A stretch of 63,896 nt of DNA, filler included, from an uncultured Methanosarcinales archaeon (GTDB lineage Archaea; Nanobdellota; Nanobdellia; Woesearchaeales; CAYXTQ01), in the NCBI GenBank assembly GCA_964608065.1. It is 4 parts of 4 records of this genome, joined end to end, with 100 filler letters (N's around TTAATTAATTAA, not from the genome) between each part and the next. Parts side by side here need not be neighbours in the genome. Positions count along the whole stretch, not along the records: positions 35,923 to 53,302 come from CAZSMA010000024.1; positions 53,403 to 63,896 come from CAZSMA010000052.1; 2 more parts are not named here. One strand, given 5' to 3'. Both the position numbers and the translations under genes were made by a program. The stretch's first letter is position 1; each line of letters opens with the position of its first letter. The notes below the pieces were generated by a model. It made no database searches. It was not told the origin of the DNA and worked only from the letters and a program-made list of their open reading frames with translations. Shown piece after piece: positions 49,412 to 58,048 of this stretch.

Positions 49412-50803
49412 TTATACCTCCATGAACTTACGCATAGCAGGATGCATATCCATCATATGCTGCTGTGCTATTTCTTCATATAGCTTATAAATAATCATAA
49501 CTGCAAGTAATATTCCAGTACCCCTGGATAAAGCTCCAGCTAAATCTGCTACTGATGCTAAAATACCTACAACTATAGCTCCCATTACAGTTAATGGCCA
49601 TATGTATCTATTTAATAATCTTTCGAGTATCCTTTGGTCTTTTCTAAAACCAGGGATTTGAAGTCCAGAAGCCATCATTTGTTTAGCTTGGGACCTAGCG
49701 TCCATTCCAGCTGTCTGCATCCAAAAAATAGAGAATATTACACAACCAACTACAAAAAACAAAACATAAACCAAAGCATGAGATAAATCACTTGGAGTAA
49801 TACTTTTTTGAATTATTTTTTCAACTATATTTGGAGAATAAAGCCATGAAACAAGGCCTGTTGCAGGAGTGTTTCCGACAAAAGTACCTAATATAGGTTT
49901 TCCCCAATTTTGGAGTAAACGAGCCCATAATTGAATATTCGCCATTAAAGCAGCAACCAATATAACTGGGATAACACTTGTGTAAATAAAGCTTAAAGGC
50001 CATCTTATACCGTGGCCACGGATTCTTCCGAAACTTAGTGGAATCTCTACTTTCATAGATTGAGCATAAACAGCCATTACGAAAACAAGCAAGGTAGCCA
50101 GAACCCCTGCTATCATTAGCAAGGCAGTTGTTGTGTCACCAGCTGCTAAACTCTGAAATAAGGCAGGAATAGCTCCTGTTGCTATCTCTGGATTAACAGG
50201 AGAAGGTAATGGAGATAATGCTCTAACAAATATTTCTTGTGATACGCCTGCTGCAATAAATAATGAAACACCAGAGCCAAAACCCCATTTACTTATAATC
50301 TCATCCATAAATAATATTAATATACCTCCTAAAAATAACTGAAATATCAGCATTAGTTGTATCTGGAAATACATTCCAGTTCCTGCTAGTTCTGCTGCTG
50401 GAGCCAGACCACCCATAAAAACATAGATGCCAGCTTCAAAAATTATAAAGAATATAGCTAATAGTTTTTGGACTCCCTGGAAGGTCTTTTTTCCTTCATG
50501 AGTTGTCAGGTCAAATTTTAGAAGACCTGAACCATTCAAAAGCTGCAAAACGATAGATGCAGTAACTATTGGACCAATACCTAATGAAATTATTGAACCA
50601 AACTGTGCAGCTAATATAACTGATAAAAATTCGAATTGCTGCAGTGCGTTCTGACCTAAACCAAATAATGGAACCATACCTAATATATAATAAATTACCA
50701 GAATCATACCTGTCCATTTTAACTTTTCTTTAAATGCAAGTCTTTTTTGAGTAGGGCCAGCTACCTCAGGCAAATTCATTAAAATGCTTCTAAACACTGA
50801 CAT
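49412..50803 (-). CDS. secY: preprotein translocase SecY
   Basis: LGIGPIVTASI, KWGFGSG, IPGFR, GTGILL. Confidence 0.98.
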   Translation of the reverse strand: MSVFRSILMNLPEVAGPTQKRLAFKEKLKWTGMILVIYYILGMVPLFGLGQNALQQFEFLSVILAAQFGSIISLGIGPIVTASIVLQLLNGSGLLKFDLTTHEGKKTFQGVQKLLAIFFIIFEAGIYVFMGGLAPAAELAGTGMYFQIQLMLIFQLFLGGILILFMDEIISKWGFGSGVSLFIAAGVSQEIFVRALSPLPSPVNPEIATGAIPALFQSLAAGDTTTALLMIAGVLATLLVFVMAVYAQSMKVEIPLSFGRIRGHGIRWPLSFIYTSVIPVILVAALMANIQLWARLLQNWGKPILGTFVGNTPATGLVSWLYSPNIVEKIIQKSITPSDLSHALVYVLFFVVGCVIFSIFWMQTAGMDARSQAKQMMASGLQIPGFRKDQRILERLLNRYIWPLTVMGAIVVGILASVADLAGALSRGTGILLAVMIIYKLYEEIAQQHMMDMHPAMRKFMEV

Positions 50804-51380
50804 CTTTCTTTTCCTCTTTTGAAAAAGTTTTTGATTTCTCTGAAATCTGAGATTTCTTAGACACAGAAAAGCTTTGCTTTTCTCGTGTTTTCAAACCCTT
50901 CTCACCTTTGTTAGAATGTTTAACTTCTTCCTTTATTTTTGGAATAATAACTTCTCCGCCTGCTTTTTTGATCCTTTCTATAGCATTTTTTGAAGCATAT
51001 TTAGCATTTATCCTGAACTTTTTTGTTACTTTACCAGAACCTAGCAGCTTATTATAACCTAATTTTGAAATATCAACAATAAAAACATTGTTTTCCTCTG
51101 TAATAAGCTTTTTTGAAAGTAAATTATTAGAATTATACTCTAAATATGATATGTTGACTGTTTTGATAGATTCTTTTAAACCTTTTTTCTTGAAACCATA
51201 TTTACCAAAGTATTTTGTATTCTTCCAGTTAGAAGGTTTATTAGCATCTCCTCTTTTACCTGAGCCTGCCATCCCAGCTCCGCCTTTATTACCTTTACCT
51301 CTATGTTTTTTCATAGCACCCCATCCATGGGTCTTACTTCCTCTGAATTTAACTGATTTTTTCCTTCTATTAGTTACCAT
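50790..51380 (-). CDS. rpl15: 50S ribosomal protein uL15 with C-terminal palindromic insertion
   Basis: RGSKTHGWG..GGAGMAG, KLLGSG, IKKAGG. Confidence 0.95.
   Translation of the reverse strand: MVTNRRKKSVKFRGSKTHGWGAMKKHRGKGNKGGAGMAGSGKRGDANKPSNWKNTKYFGKYGFKKKGLKESIKTVNISYLEYNSNNLLSKKLITEENNVFIVDISKLGYNKLLGSGKVTKKFRINAKYASKNAIERIKKAGGEVIIPKIKEEVKHSNKGEKGLKTREKQSFSVSKKSQISEKSKTFSKEEKKDVSV
50818..50895. repeat. multi-hairpin palindromic element within rpl15
   Basis: TTTGAAAA..TTTTCAAA ends; GAAATC-TGA-GATTTC; AGAAAAGC-TTT-GCTTTTCT. Confidence 0.75.
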
Positions 51381-51420
51381 GCTTGAAAACCTCCGGTTTT
51401 CGGCACCACCTTCGGTGGTC
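51381..51420. repeat. double triloop hairpin filling the rpl30-rpl15 spacer
   Basis: GAAAACC-TCC-GGTTTTC and ACCACC-TTC-GGTGGT. Confidence 0.75.
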
Positions 51421-51858
51421 TTAAATCATCCTCTTTATAAGATCATTAATTTTTTCTCCCCTATAACCTAATGCGCCTCCAGCATTAAAGCTTATTTTAA
51501 TGCCTTTTCTTTCAAAACCTTTTTTTGGAGGGCTTAAACGGAAGAATTTCTTATATTTCTTATTATCATGGACAAAAAATTTGTTATAAGTTATTTTTCC
51601 TCTACTATCTTTTTCCCTTCCTTTGTATTCTTCCCCTTTTTTTTCTACTAATATTTTAAAAGTTTCATCATTAATTTCTCCGTATGTTACATAATCTTTG
51701 CTTTTTTTTATCATGCCTAGATAAGCTTGTGTAGCAGGAACAACAACGCAGCAGTTCTTATTGTATAATCTTAACATGCTTAGAGTATCATTTATTTTTG
51801 TCTTTACCCTGACAGGACCTCTTACTCTGATTACAGCTATTTTCTTTGGATCACTCAT
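51421..51858 (-). CDS. rpl30: 50S ribosomal protein uL30
   Basis: AVIRVRG, TLSMLRL, FRLSPP. Confidence 0.95.
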   Translation of the reverse strand: MSDPKKIAVIRVRGPVRVKTKINDTLSMLRLYNKNCCVVVPATQAYLGMIKKSKDYVTYGEINDETFKILVEKKGEEYKGREKDSRGKITYNKFFVHDNKKYKKFFRLSPPKKGFERKGIKISFNAGGALGYRGEKINDLIKRMI

Positions 51859-52678
51859 TTTTATCCTCTTTTAGTTTACCTTCAACTATACCTAGACACT
51901 CTTTATGTTCTGGTTTTATTTTTGTGCTGGTTAATTTTTTAATAGCTTCTACGCAAGCATAAATCAAGTTTATCTTTGTTTTTGTCTGGCCGCGTGTTTT
52001 TGACCATACATCTTTTATACCAGCTAAACTTAATATTTTTTTTATTTCTTTCTCTACTCTTAGACCTGTTCCTTTAGGGGCAGGCATTAATTTTATTTTA
52101 GCGGATCCACACTTACCTTCAACTTTATAAGGGATTGAATGAGGTTCTTTGCATCCACACTGCCAGCTGCCACAACCGCGTCTAATCCTCATAAGATGGA
52201 GTTTAGCGTTTCTTATTGCCTTTTCTCTTGCAGGAACTGTTTCTTTACTTTTTCCGTAGCCAATACCCACATAACCATTCCTGTTACCTACTACAGCAAT
52301 AGTAGCGAATTTTGGTTTATTACCTTCCTGTGTTTTTTTCTGTGTTTGTTTAAAGACTCTTCTTTGGCCACCACCAAATTTACCTTTAGACTGGCCTATT
52401 AGTAATAAATCTGTTTCTGCATTAGCTATTAGAGCATCTACTATTTCAGGCTCTTTTATTCCTGCTCCAATATCAATTATCTGGTCAATATCAGTAATTT
52501 CTCCTGATTTTACTTTAGCTCCAATCCCTGTTTTAGGAGTCCATGATTCCTTATCGAAGCTTTTTTTTTCTATTTTTTCTTCAATCTCCTTTTTATCAAC
52601 AGGTTTTGCGATTACTTCTTCAGATTCTTTAGAGATATCTTTGGGCTTACTTTTTTCTTTGATTTCTTTCTTTTTCAT
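51851..52678 (-). CDS. rps5: 30S ribosomal protein uS5
   Basis: WTPKT, VVGNRNGYVG, RRGCGSW, PAPKGTG. Confidence 0.97.
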   Translation of the reverse strand: MKKKEIKEKSKPKDISKESEEVIAKPVDKKEIEEKIEKKSFDKESWTPKTGIGAKVKSGEITDIDQIIDIGAGIKEPEIVDALIANAETDLLLIGQSKGKFGGGQRRVFKQTQKKTQEGNKPKFATIAVVGNRNGYVGIGYGKSKETVPAREKAIRNAKLHLMRIRRGCGSWQCGCKEPHSIPYKVEGKCGSAKIKLMPAPKGTGLRVEKEIKKILSLAGIKDVWSKTRGQTKTKINLIYACVEAIKKLTSTKIKPEHKECLGIVEGKLKEDKNE

Positions 52679-52681
52679 CTT

Positions 52682-53251
52682 TTAGTTACCTTGTAAAATT
52701 TTCTTTTTTATATCATCAATAATCTTCGAAATTTCTGAAATATTCATATTTTCTTTTTTATATTTTGAAAAAAGTTTGTTATCTTTTGTTAAATTAAAAT
52801 ATTTGACTATGTTTGCGCCTTTTATTGAATCATCACTTGGAAGCATCTCTTTTGAGTGAGGTATTTCCAAACCAGCATCTGAAGCACCTTTTAATAAAGC
52901 ATATATCCTGCCCCCTTTTGCGGAAGCATTTAAGCCTAAATCCAGTATTGCTTTTTTTATCCCTTTTTTTTTTGCTTTGGTTCCTAATAATAAACCTGTT
53001 AAATAAGCAGCAGGTATGTTACTTTTACTTAATTTCCAATCATATTTTTTTTTTAATTCATTTGATGACGTTCCTAAAATAACTTTGTCTCCATTAACAT
53101 CATATTCAACTAATTGGGATGAGATGTTTTTCAAGGATTTTCTAATAATCAACCTTAAGTTATTTGAAGTCAGTAGCTTTAACCTTTTTCTATAGTTAGT
53201 TCTGCCTTCTCTTTTTCTCCTATATTCTACTATTTTTCTTTTTTGTCTCAT
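52682..53251 (-). CDS. rpl18: 50S ribosomal protein uL18
   Basis: RRKREGRTNYRKRL, AAYLTG, DAGLEIPH. Confidence 0.95.
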   Translation of the reverse strand: MRQKRKIVEYRRKREGRTNYRKRLKLLTSNNLRLIIRKSLKNISSQLVEYDVNGDKVILGTSSNELKKKYDWKLSKSNIPAAYLTGLLLGTKAKKKGIKKAILDLGLNASAKGGRIYALLKGASDAGLEIPHSKEMLPSDDSIKGANIVKYFNLTKDNKLFSKYKKENMNISEISKIIDDIKKKILQGN

Positions 53252-53302
53252 TACATTCAAAGGATACCTTGCACTTTAGTGCAATGGTAACCTATTCCTC
53301 CA

Positions 53303-53402
53303 NNNNNNNNNNNNNNNNNNNNNNNNNNNNNNNNNNNNNNNNNNNNTTAATTAATTAANNNNNNNNNNNNNNNNNNNNNNNNNNNNNNNNNNNNNNNNNN
53401 NN
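53303..53402. other. artificial contig linker
   Basis: N-run with TTAATTAATTAA. Confidence 0.98.
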
Positions 53403-53404
53403 TA

Positions 53405-53662
53405 ACTCAAAGCTCTATTGGAACTCCTGATGGTAATGACTTCATAATTCAAGATTCTGGCAGTAGTGCTGTTGCATGGATTAATGATGCTACTGGAAAC
53501 ATGAGATTAGCTGGAACTGCCTCATCAGATAACGGAGGTAGTTGCACTGCTCCTGCTAATAGCTTTATTGTTCAAGACTCAACTGGAAATTGTAAAGCTT
53601 ACATAGATAGTTCAGGAAATTTATGGCTTTCAGGAAGCTTACTTGAAAGCTCTACGATTTAA
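53405..53662 (+). CDS. 3' fragment of a surface protein with beta repeats (5' end in gap)
   Basis: two repeats FIIQDSGSSAVAWINDATGNMRLAG / FIVQDSTGNCKAYIDSSGNLWLSG. Confidence 0.65.
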   Translation, partial: TQSSIGTPDGNDFIIQDSGSSAVAWINDATGNMRLAGTASSDNGGSCTAPANSFIVQDSTGNCKAYIDSSGNLWLSGSLLESSTI

Positions 53663-53867
53663 AGAGATGAGCAAATAATAAAAATTATCTTATTTTTTTT
53701 TTTTTATTTAATTATAACATTGTCAATAATATTATCCAGAATTTAAAGATTGTTTGGAAAGCTAGTTTTTTTATTTATTTTTTTATTTATATTTATTGAT
53801 TAGTTTTTAATTGTTTTTTATCTCCTATATTGATTTCTCTTAATTAAAATAGAAAACTTTAAATATA

Positions 53868-53893
53868 ACTTATAATTACTAATAATTATAAGT
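53868..53893. promoter_or_regulatory. palindromic operator upstream of TA pair
   Basis: ACTTATAATTA-CTAA-TAATTATAAGT, perfect 11-bp arms just after TTTAAATA. Confidence 0.6.
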
Positions 53894-53913
53894 CATTACT
53901 AAAGGTTATTTTA

Positions 53914-54117
53914 ATGATCATACAAATAAGCTTACATGCAAAAAAAAAGATGGATATTGAAGGAATAGACGAAGGTCAAATTAAAAGAGCTATAAAAATG
54001 GGTTCAATATCCAGGCAAACAGAAGGTTATCTCGCTACATACACATATATCAAAGTCGCTTACAAAAGAAAAGGTGATATTTACAGGATTAAAACAGTAT
54101 TTGTAGATAAAGGGTGA
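53914..54117 (+). CDS. DUF4258-like (RelE/BrnT-fold) putative toxin
   Basis: 'ISLHAKKKM..IKRAIKMG..IKTV'. Confidence 0.75.
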   Translation: MIIQISLHAKKKMDIEGIDEGQIKRAIKMGSISRQTEGYLATYTYIKVAYKRKGDIYRIKTVFVDKG

Positions 54118-54123
54118 TTTACT

Positions 54124-54459
54124 ATGAACGATGAAAATTTATGTTGGGAATGTGGAAAAAAAATGAAAATAAAAAAAGTAGATTATTCTCTATACGGCAT
54201 TAAGATAGGGAAATTTCCTGCGAAAGTATGTGAAAAATGCAATGAAACTTATTTTAGTGAAGAAACATCAAAAAAGATGACAGGGATTGCAAAAAAGAAA
54301 GGTCTTTGGGGATTACAAGCTAAAACAAAAATAGGTCAAGCAGGATCAACATTAGATATAAGATTGCCTAAAAAAATAATTGATTTTTTAAATTTAAAGA
54401 AAGGGGAAGAAGTTACAATATATCCTGAAGATAAGAATAAAATAATAATATATACCTAA
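54124..54459 (+). CDS. YgiT/MqsA-type zinc finger plus AbrB domain putative antitoxin
   Basis: CWECG..VCEKCNETYF; 'GSTLDIRLPKKIIDFLNLKKGEEV'. Confidence 0.8.
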   Translation: MNDENLCWECGKKMKIKKVDYSLYGIKIGKFPAKVCEKCNETYFSEETSKKMTGIAKKKGLWGLQAKTKIGQAGSTLDIRLPKKIIDFLNLKKGEEVTIYPEDKNKIIIYT

Positions 54460-54460
54460 T

Positions 54461-54527
54461 AAACACAACAGGAGCATCTATCAGATTAGACGACACAGGC
54501 AATGTAATAATTCAGTTAGGCTCTTAA
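54461..54527 (+). pseudogene. orphan gene 3' end (NTTGASIRLDDTGNVIIQLGS*)
   Basis: no start codon; similar to the end of 56396-56542. Confidence 0.5.
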
Positions 54528-54725
54528 ACTTGTTTTTTTTTTTTTTTTTTTTATCTACCAACTCAAAAAACCACCCCATCCTCCGCAAACCAAGCCCAAA
54601 CAAGCCTTTTCCTACAACAACTTTTAGCAATATCTGTCAGGTTTCATCACATAATTCCAGCAAAATCCATCACTCACTCGCAATATATATTTGCTTTTTG
54701 CTAATTAAAAATTTAGCTTATAGGA

Positions 54726-55604
54726 TTAGAAATAAAGAGAGCTTATTTTATTAATGACAAATTTACTCACGTCATGGAAGTTAATATCTTTAATAGATAA
54801 TCCTAGTTCCTTCAATTTGGGTTCTATGATTAATTGATTTACCATCATATCCCATTCGTTTGGTTTTGCTGAGTGGTAAATGGAATCTGAAAAATTTTTT
54901 AGAGTAAATGCTTCTGTTTTACCAGCAGGTAATTTTTTCCAAATATCTTTAATTTTACAAACATAACCTTTTAATAATAAAATATAAAGGTCAAATAAAT
55001 CCCTTGCTTCGTCTCTTTGACCAAAAATAAAATTTTTATCCAAAATTGTTATAATTTTTTCAGCAAATATTTCTTTTGGATCGACTACGTTCAAATTTAT
55101 GATTCCTTTAAGTCTATAGTACTTTAGGAATAAAGAGGTATCATGATACTTTTTCTTAATACCATATATCAACTTTTTTCTCGATGATAAATCAAATTTT
55201 ACATGGCTACTTCTATGGGTTTGTGAAAAAGCTGGACCCCTAATGTCAGTGTGTACATTAAAACCTGTAGGGTTTTCTTTTATTATGAAATTAATATTGC
55301 TAAATCCAAAAAGTTCTCTTAATGTATTTGTTAAATGCTTGTTAAACAATAAATCAATATTTCTTTTTACTAATTTTCCTGCCAAAATATCAAAATCCAA
55401 ATCTTCTGAAAATCTTGGGAAACCATAACATTTGTATAAACAGGTTCCGCCTTTAAAAGCCAAATATTTTGTATATTTTTTAAGCCGCGTAAGATTAAAA
55501 AGTGAATATAAAAAAATATTATGAAACAATTCTTTTTCTGTATTTTCCAATGATAAATGAACTTTCTCAGCTAATTTCTCTAGTTCAAAAAAATTTATTG
55601 GCAT
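54726..55604 (-). CDS. AbiEii/AbiGii type IV toxin nucleotidyltransferase
   Basis: FKGGTCL, RFSEDLDF, AEKI, RDLFDL. Confidence 0.92.
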   Translation of the reverse strand: MPINFFELEKLAEKVHLSLENTEKELFHNIFLYSLFNLTRLKKYTKYLAFKGGTCLYKCYGFPRFSEDLDFDILAGKLVKRNIDLLFNKHLTNTLRELFGFSNINFIIKENPTGFNVHTDIRGPAFSQTHRSSHVKFDLSSRKKLIYGIKKKYHDTSLFLKYYRLKGIINLNVVDPKEIFAEKIITILDKNFIFGQRDEARDLFDLYILLLKGYVCKIKDIWKKLPAGKTEAFTLKNFSDSIYHSAKPNEWDMMVNQLIIEPKLKELGLSIKDINFHDVSKFVINKISSLYF

Positions 55605-56308
55605 TTAACTATTCTCCATTTCTTTAACTTAGATTTATCCAGTAAGCTATATAACGTTTTATCGATAATTAGCGGGTTATAATCTAAATATTTTTTGAAG
55701 TCTTTGTATAAATCATAGCCTATGCTATCAAAAATTATACCATTTTTTTTTAAAAATTGTTTGTTTTTTAATTTTAAACAAATCTTTTTAATTCTATCTA
55801 AAGAAATCTTGTCTTTGCCAATTTTAATTGCTTGAATAATAACTGATGTTGGGGAAAGGTTGAAATATAAGCAATCGATAATAGTTTTTTCTATCGAAGC
55901 AATATTCATAGTATACTGCTCACTAACTTCGCTGAAAAATTCAAAAAGGTATTTCTTATTGACACTCAAATACCTTATTTTTTCATTACCAAAAACTACT
56001 ATCTTATTATTTTTCTTTTTAGTGGTTAGAACATCAATCTGCTGTGGTAGCTGCTCGGTTAGACCATAAACTTTTAAAGCATACCAGCCAGTGATATATG
56101 AGGGTATAACTAAATGGGCAGCTATGGTTTGGGCAAGATTACATAAAGTATATTTACCAAACTCTATCTTTTTTACTGCCTTTTTGCGATAAAGTCTTGT
56201 TAATACTAAATTGGCATATCTTTTATTGCAATTTAATATTTTTGATACTTCTTTTGCACTAAATACAGGGTATATTTTTAATTTGTTTAGGAGTTTAATT
56301 GCATTCAT
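55595..56308 (-). CDS. AbiEi type IV antitoxin
   Basis: N-terminal wHTH, PSYITG..AL..YGLTEQLP, EKTIIDCL. Confidence 0.9.
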   Translation of the reverse strand: MNAIKLLNKLKIYPVFSAKEVSKILNCNKRYANLVLTRLYRKKAVKKIEFGKYTLCNLAQTIAAHLVIPSYITGWYALKVYGLTEQLPQQIDVLTTKKKNNKIVVFGNEKIRYLSVNKKYLFEFFSEVSEQYTMNIASIEKTIIDCLYFNLSPTSVIIQAIKIGKDKISLDRIKKICLKLKNKQFLKKNGIIFDSIGYDLYKDFKKYLDYNPLIIDKTLYSLLDKSKLKKWRIVKCQ

Positions 56309-56395
56309 ACTGCTAATTAAAAAATGAATTACTATATAAATGTTCCTATTTCATATCAAAATTGATATTAATCAAGGAGTAAAATATTATAATTG

Positions 56396-56542
56396 ATGCA
56401 CATGGTAATTTTAGAAAGCTGCGACATCAGCATCAACAAAACAGCGCCAACAGATACTTCAGAAGTAGATGGTGGAATTAAGTTTAACGCAAATAAATAC
56501 TCCCGCACAGGTGGCAATGCAATAATCAGATTAGGCGCTTAA
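56396..56542 (+). pseudogene. remnant of a fibre-like surface protein C-terminus
   Basis: ISINKTAPTDTSEVDGGIK..GNAIIRLGA*. Confidence 0.45.
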
Positions 56543-56620
56543 TTTTTATTATTATTTCAAATTAAATTCTATTATTGATTTTTATCAAAACATTTAAATA
56601 AACATTTCCATATTAAAACA

Positions 56621-57991
56621 ATGGGGGATAATTTGAAACACTTGCTTTTTACAATAGACCTTGAAGAATGTGATGTCCATAAAGAGTTTGGTTCAAATAA
56701 ATATCCTGATTTTGATATTAGCTACAAAGGAACCCCAATACTTCTAAAACTACTAAAAAAACACAATATAAAAGCAACATTCTTCACAACAGCTTCTTTT
56801 GCAGAAAAATACCCTGAACTAATAAAACAGATATCAAAACAGCATGAGATAGCATGCCATGGCTTAGACCATTCTAACAAAAAAATAACATCAGAAGATT
56901 TAACCAAAGCAAAAAATATTATCGAAAAAATAATAAACAAACCAATTTACGGTTTTAGAGCTCCAAGACTAAAATTAAAAAATTACAAATTACTAAAGCA
57001 AGCAGGATTTTCTTATGATTCCTCACTACATCCAACATGTATTCCAGGACGATACTGTAATTTTTTTAAAAAAAGAAAAATACACACAAAGAACAATATA
57101 AAAATAATTCCAATCTCAGTAACACCTATAGCCAGAATCCCAATCTCATGGATATGGTTCAGAAACTATCCATTAAGCTTCTCAAAATTCTTAACAAACC
57201 TTTCTTTAATAAACAAAAATTTCCTAAACACTTATTTCCATCCATTTGAATTCATAGATATGAAAAAACAAAATCTACCTTTTTATGTAACAAAAAACAC
57301 AGGAAAAAAATTATTTTTAATGCTAGATAATTATCTATCATGGTTAAATAAGAAGAACATAAAACCAATAACAATGCATGATTTCTTAAAACAAAGCAAT
57401 GTCAAAACATACTTTGACAAACAAGCTAGAACATATAACCAAAAGACTTCAACAGGATTATTATCAATAATAAAAAAAAAGGAATTCGACTCTATCAAAA
57501 ATCTGCTTGACAAAGGCTCTGTCCTAGACGCTGGACTTGGCTCTGGATACTATGCAATAAAACTAAAGAAATTAGGATTTGATGTTTTTGGTATTGATTT
57601 CTCAGAAAAAATGGTAAAACAAGCAATAAAAAACAATATTAAAGCTAAAACAGCAGATATTAAAGATTTCAACCTAAACAAAAAGTTCAATAACATTTTA
57701 TGCGCAGGAGTGCTTGAATTCTGCAACCCGAAAAACTATCCAAAAATATTGAACAACTTCAAAAAACATCTTAAAGATAATGGTAATTTAGTCATACTTA
57801 CAAGCAGACCAAGTATATCAGGAATATTGTACAAACTATTCCATAAATCACATAAAGTAAACATCACTTTACTAAAAAAAAATAAAATTATTTCTATTCT
57901 GCAAAAATCTGGATTTAAATTAATTAATATAAAGAAAAGCAGTCTTTGGAGCTATACAGTTAAGGCATTACCTATAAATAGCAAAAAATAA
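56621..57991 (+). CDS. polysaccharide deacetylase-class I SAM methyltransferase fusion
   Basis: TIDLE, HEIACHG, GFRAP, YFHPFE; then VLDAGLGSG. Confidence 0.85.
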   Translation: MGDNLKHLLFTIDLEECDVHKEFGSNKYPDFDISYKGTPILLKLLKKHNIKATFFTTASFAEKYPELIKQISKQHEIACHGLDHSNKKITSEDLTKAKNIIEKIINKPIYGFRAPRLKLKNYKLLKQAGFSYDSSLHPTCIPGRYCNFFKKRKIHTKNNIKIIPISVTPIARIPISWIWFRNYPLSFSKFLTNLSLINKNFLNTYFHPFEFIDMKKQNLPFYVTKNTGKKLFLMLDNYLSWLNKKNIKPITMHDFLKQSNVKTYFDKQARTYNQKTSTGLLSIIKKKEFDSIKNLLDKGSVLDAGLGSGYYAIKLKKLGFDVFGIDFSEKMVKQAIKNNIKAKTADIKDFNLNKKFNNILCAGVLEFCNPKNYPKILNNFKKHLKDNGNLVILTSRPSISGILYKLFHKSHKVNITLLKKNKIISILQKSGFKLINIKKSSLWSYTVKALPINSKK

Positions 57992-58048
57992 AGATTCTAA
58001 TGGAAAACTTTAATAATAGCTTTAATTAATAATAACTCAGGGGGAACT

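Noticed and set aside
54530..54754. 74-aa ORF downstream of the AbiEii gene
   Set aside because: Starts in a poly-T terminator, low complexity; at most a decayed fragment.
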